Shown here: in pieces, positions 62,301 to 64,000 of the stretch
How positions within the stretch are numbered: position 1 is the first letter of the stretch
How the letters are laid out: each line of letters starts with the position of its first letter
Source of the DNA: Botryllus schlosseri
Lineage: Eukaryota
DNA: 64,000 bases
Assembly (NCBI GenBank): GCA_051294905.1
Contig: CM119371.1
Coordinates: 22,880,001-22,944,000, forward strand
Reading direction: 5' to 3'
Notes under the pieces: model-generated
What the model saw: only the letters and a program-made list of their open reading frames with translations
What the model was told of the DNA's origin: nothing
Databases searched by the model: none
Translations under genes and position numbers: made by a program

Positions 62301-64000
62301 AAACGAGATGGACATAATTCGGATCACGAGTGTGATTTCAGATTGGCAACACCATTTTAGTGATGTGCTTAGAAAAAACGATTGGCGCGTGTCTAATGTA
62401 GATTCGCTCTCTGTATGGTATTCATATTTTATCTGCAAATAGTAGAAACGTGTTTGTAGCTAACATGGTTATGATGCTGTCAGAATTGTGTGTACTGGAA
62501 CTGAACCGAAAGTGGAATTAGTAAATCTATGAACAGATCGCTGCTCACAGATTTAAATTTCAATCCTGTTCTAAGAATCGGGACAACCGAATTTCATCTC
62601 TATAGTTTTGACAAATTGATCATTGAGGTCGACCGGCCTATGAAATCTCGACACTGTTTCTGACGCGTGTCCGATATCATCAAAGAAATGGTTTGTTTGT
62701 TTTAAATAAGCATATGCATTATCTCTATGTCCTCACTATAATCAAATACTAATATTGCTTTTTGATTTATGATCCCATCCATTTCTATATAGTGCGGCCC
62801 ACGAATGGATTCGGATGTTGAATACGGCCCGCGAGCTCAAAAGTTTGCCCACCCCTGCTTTAACCCCTTATTGTGGTGTGTGAAAGCCATAGCCATAAAC
62901 CTAGTACCTACAAAGCCTGCGTTGTTGTTTGTGGTCAGTGGTGCCACTCCTAAACACTGGATCTAGTGTATTTTGACTTGACCTAGTGCATATTCTTTCG
63001 AAATTCCGCAAATCTAGTGTTTTTTCACTAAAAAAATGTAACTGAGGACTTGTTTTTGATGTTCTTCAAATAATTTATACCCGAAGGCCTATACTTGAAG
63101 AGATAGTAATTATTATTTGTCTAAACTTGCCCATTTAGCACAATAGGACCAGTCCTATCTGTATATCTGTATAAAATTTGGAATTGCAACGGTTATCAAT
63201 GTGCAAAGAAAATGCTCTCTATACCCGTTGCTATTGTTATTAACATTTTAGGTCTCTTTATCAGGTGCTTTACGTGCTTGCGTGCGTGTTGTGTGTGTAT
63301 GTGGGGGGGGGGGGCGTGCCTCACCAGCCATGAACCTCACCGCACGTCACTGCTGTTTGGTGATATTGAATGATTCGCATGTATAATATACTAACTTTCC
63401 TCACTTTTAGCAGTTTCTGGTCGCATTCTCAAGTACCAGTACCAAATAGACGAAATCCCAATAGTGTGGTTACTTTACTATTCTTCGAAACTACAATGAA
63501 ATATCGGTTTTGGCCGTCCTAGTCTCGAGTCAATTACTTGGTTCAAGTCATGCGCAATGACTCGAGTCCAAGTCAAGTCAATACACAGATAGACTCGAGT
63601 CGAGTCATTCCTTATTTTGAGAAAATGAATCGAGTCAAGTCGAGTCATCAAAAAAATGGTGACTCTAGTCGGACTCGAGTCATTACAACCCTGCGCGCCA
63701 TCTTTAATTTAAAAAATATCGGTAAACTCCGGTAAAAATGCCACTTACTAAATAGTTTTCTGAAGCGACAGGCAAGCGACAGACACACCAATGTAACTTA
63801 TAGTCAAATATTGATGTCATGGTCACATCATAATTCGTCAAAATGGCACTGTGAAAGCAAAGCTATTACAACCACTAGTAGGCTACACAGGAGAAAAGTC
63901 AAAATAATTAGGGAAAAATTAGTTAACCTTCAGATCATACGGAAAATCCCTAATTGCATTGTGACGCAGATTCAGATTGCGGAGATTTTTCATTGGCTTG
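56377..64000 (-). CDS. Type I transmembrane LRR protein (LRR gene C), 5' part lies beyond the window
   Basis: Exons >64000-63928 (MKNLRNLNLRHNAIRDFP), 60384-60293 (LRNLDLGSNHLQNLPEQSLRGLTELR), 57961-57811 (LSTLLMRGNHL..DNDWWCDC) and 57102-56377 (LRRCT cysteines, Ser/Thr/Pro-rich stalk, TM AVVIAVVIVAAALIIGLIIF, basic stop-transfer QKRSRK, cytoplasmic tail). Phases are consistent. Confidence 0.85.
59428..59704. mobile_element. hAT MITE lacking its left TIR (same family as 61884-62191)
   Basis: Body colinear with 61895-62191; right TIR GTTTGAGAACCACTG; ACGTAACG is present on both sides. Confidence 0.7.
61705..62857. mobile_element. hAT MITE (level 3)
   Basis: TIR CAGGGGTGGGC/GCCCACCCCTG; perfect TSD CTTTAACC. 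Confidence 0.92.
61884..62191. mobile_element. hAT MITE (level 4)
   Basis: TIR CAGTGGTTCTCAAAC/GTTTGAGAACCACTG; TSD TTCTAAGG/CTCTAAGG; the empty site is seen in the sister copy at ~37501-37520. Confidence 0.9.

Larger units (their letters stand above)
60984..63352. mobile_element. hAT-like MITE (level 2)
   Basis: TIR CAGTGACGTGCGGT/ACCGCACGTCACTG; perfect TSD CTGTTTGG; the empty site is visible at ~49188-49200. Confidence 0.92.
60743..63693. mobile_element. GACTCGAGTC-repeat hAT-like MITE, outer layer of a 4-level nest in an intron of LRR gene C
   Basis: TIR CAGGGTTGTAA/TTACAACCCTG; TSD AGCGCCAT/CGCGCCAT. Confidence 0.88.

Overview
Eukaryotic, AT-rich, intron-containing animal genomic DNA (invertebrate-like; taxon not determinable here). 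Most entries in the ORF track are not genes. Four spliced genes can be rebuilt with phase-consistent exon chains. One is a + strand MGAT5/GnT-V family glycosyltransferase (~16.3-26.9 kb, 5' end uncertain) with a probable GC-AG intron and an exonic (AAC)10 poly-Asn tract. Three are - strand leucine-rich-repeat (LRR) genes: a short apparently secreted one (1246-6754), one ending in a GPI-signal-like tail (29817-42001), and a type I transmembrane one running off the right edge (56377 to >64000). Introns and intergenic DNA are dense with non-autonomous DNA transposons, mostly hAT-type MITEs with readable TIRs and 8-bp TSDs stacked up to 4-5 levels deep. Also present are a decayed PIF/Harbinger element, a CAC..GTG/TA element, tRNA-derived SINEs, two related foldback elements and a palindrome built around TTAGGG-like repeats. 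No prokaryotic systems or CRISPR arrays were seen. I found no clearly new molecular system; the best candidates are the LRR cluster with three anchoring modes and the nested, composite MITE architecture.
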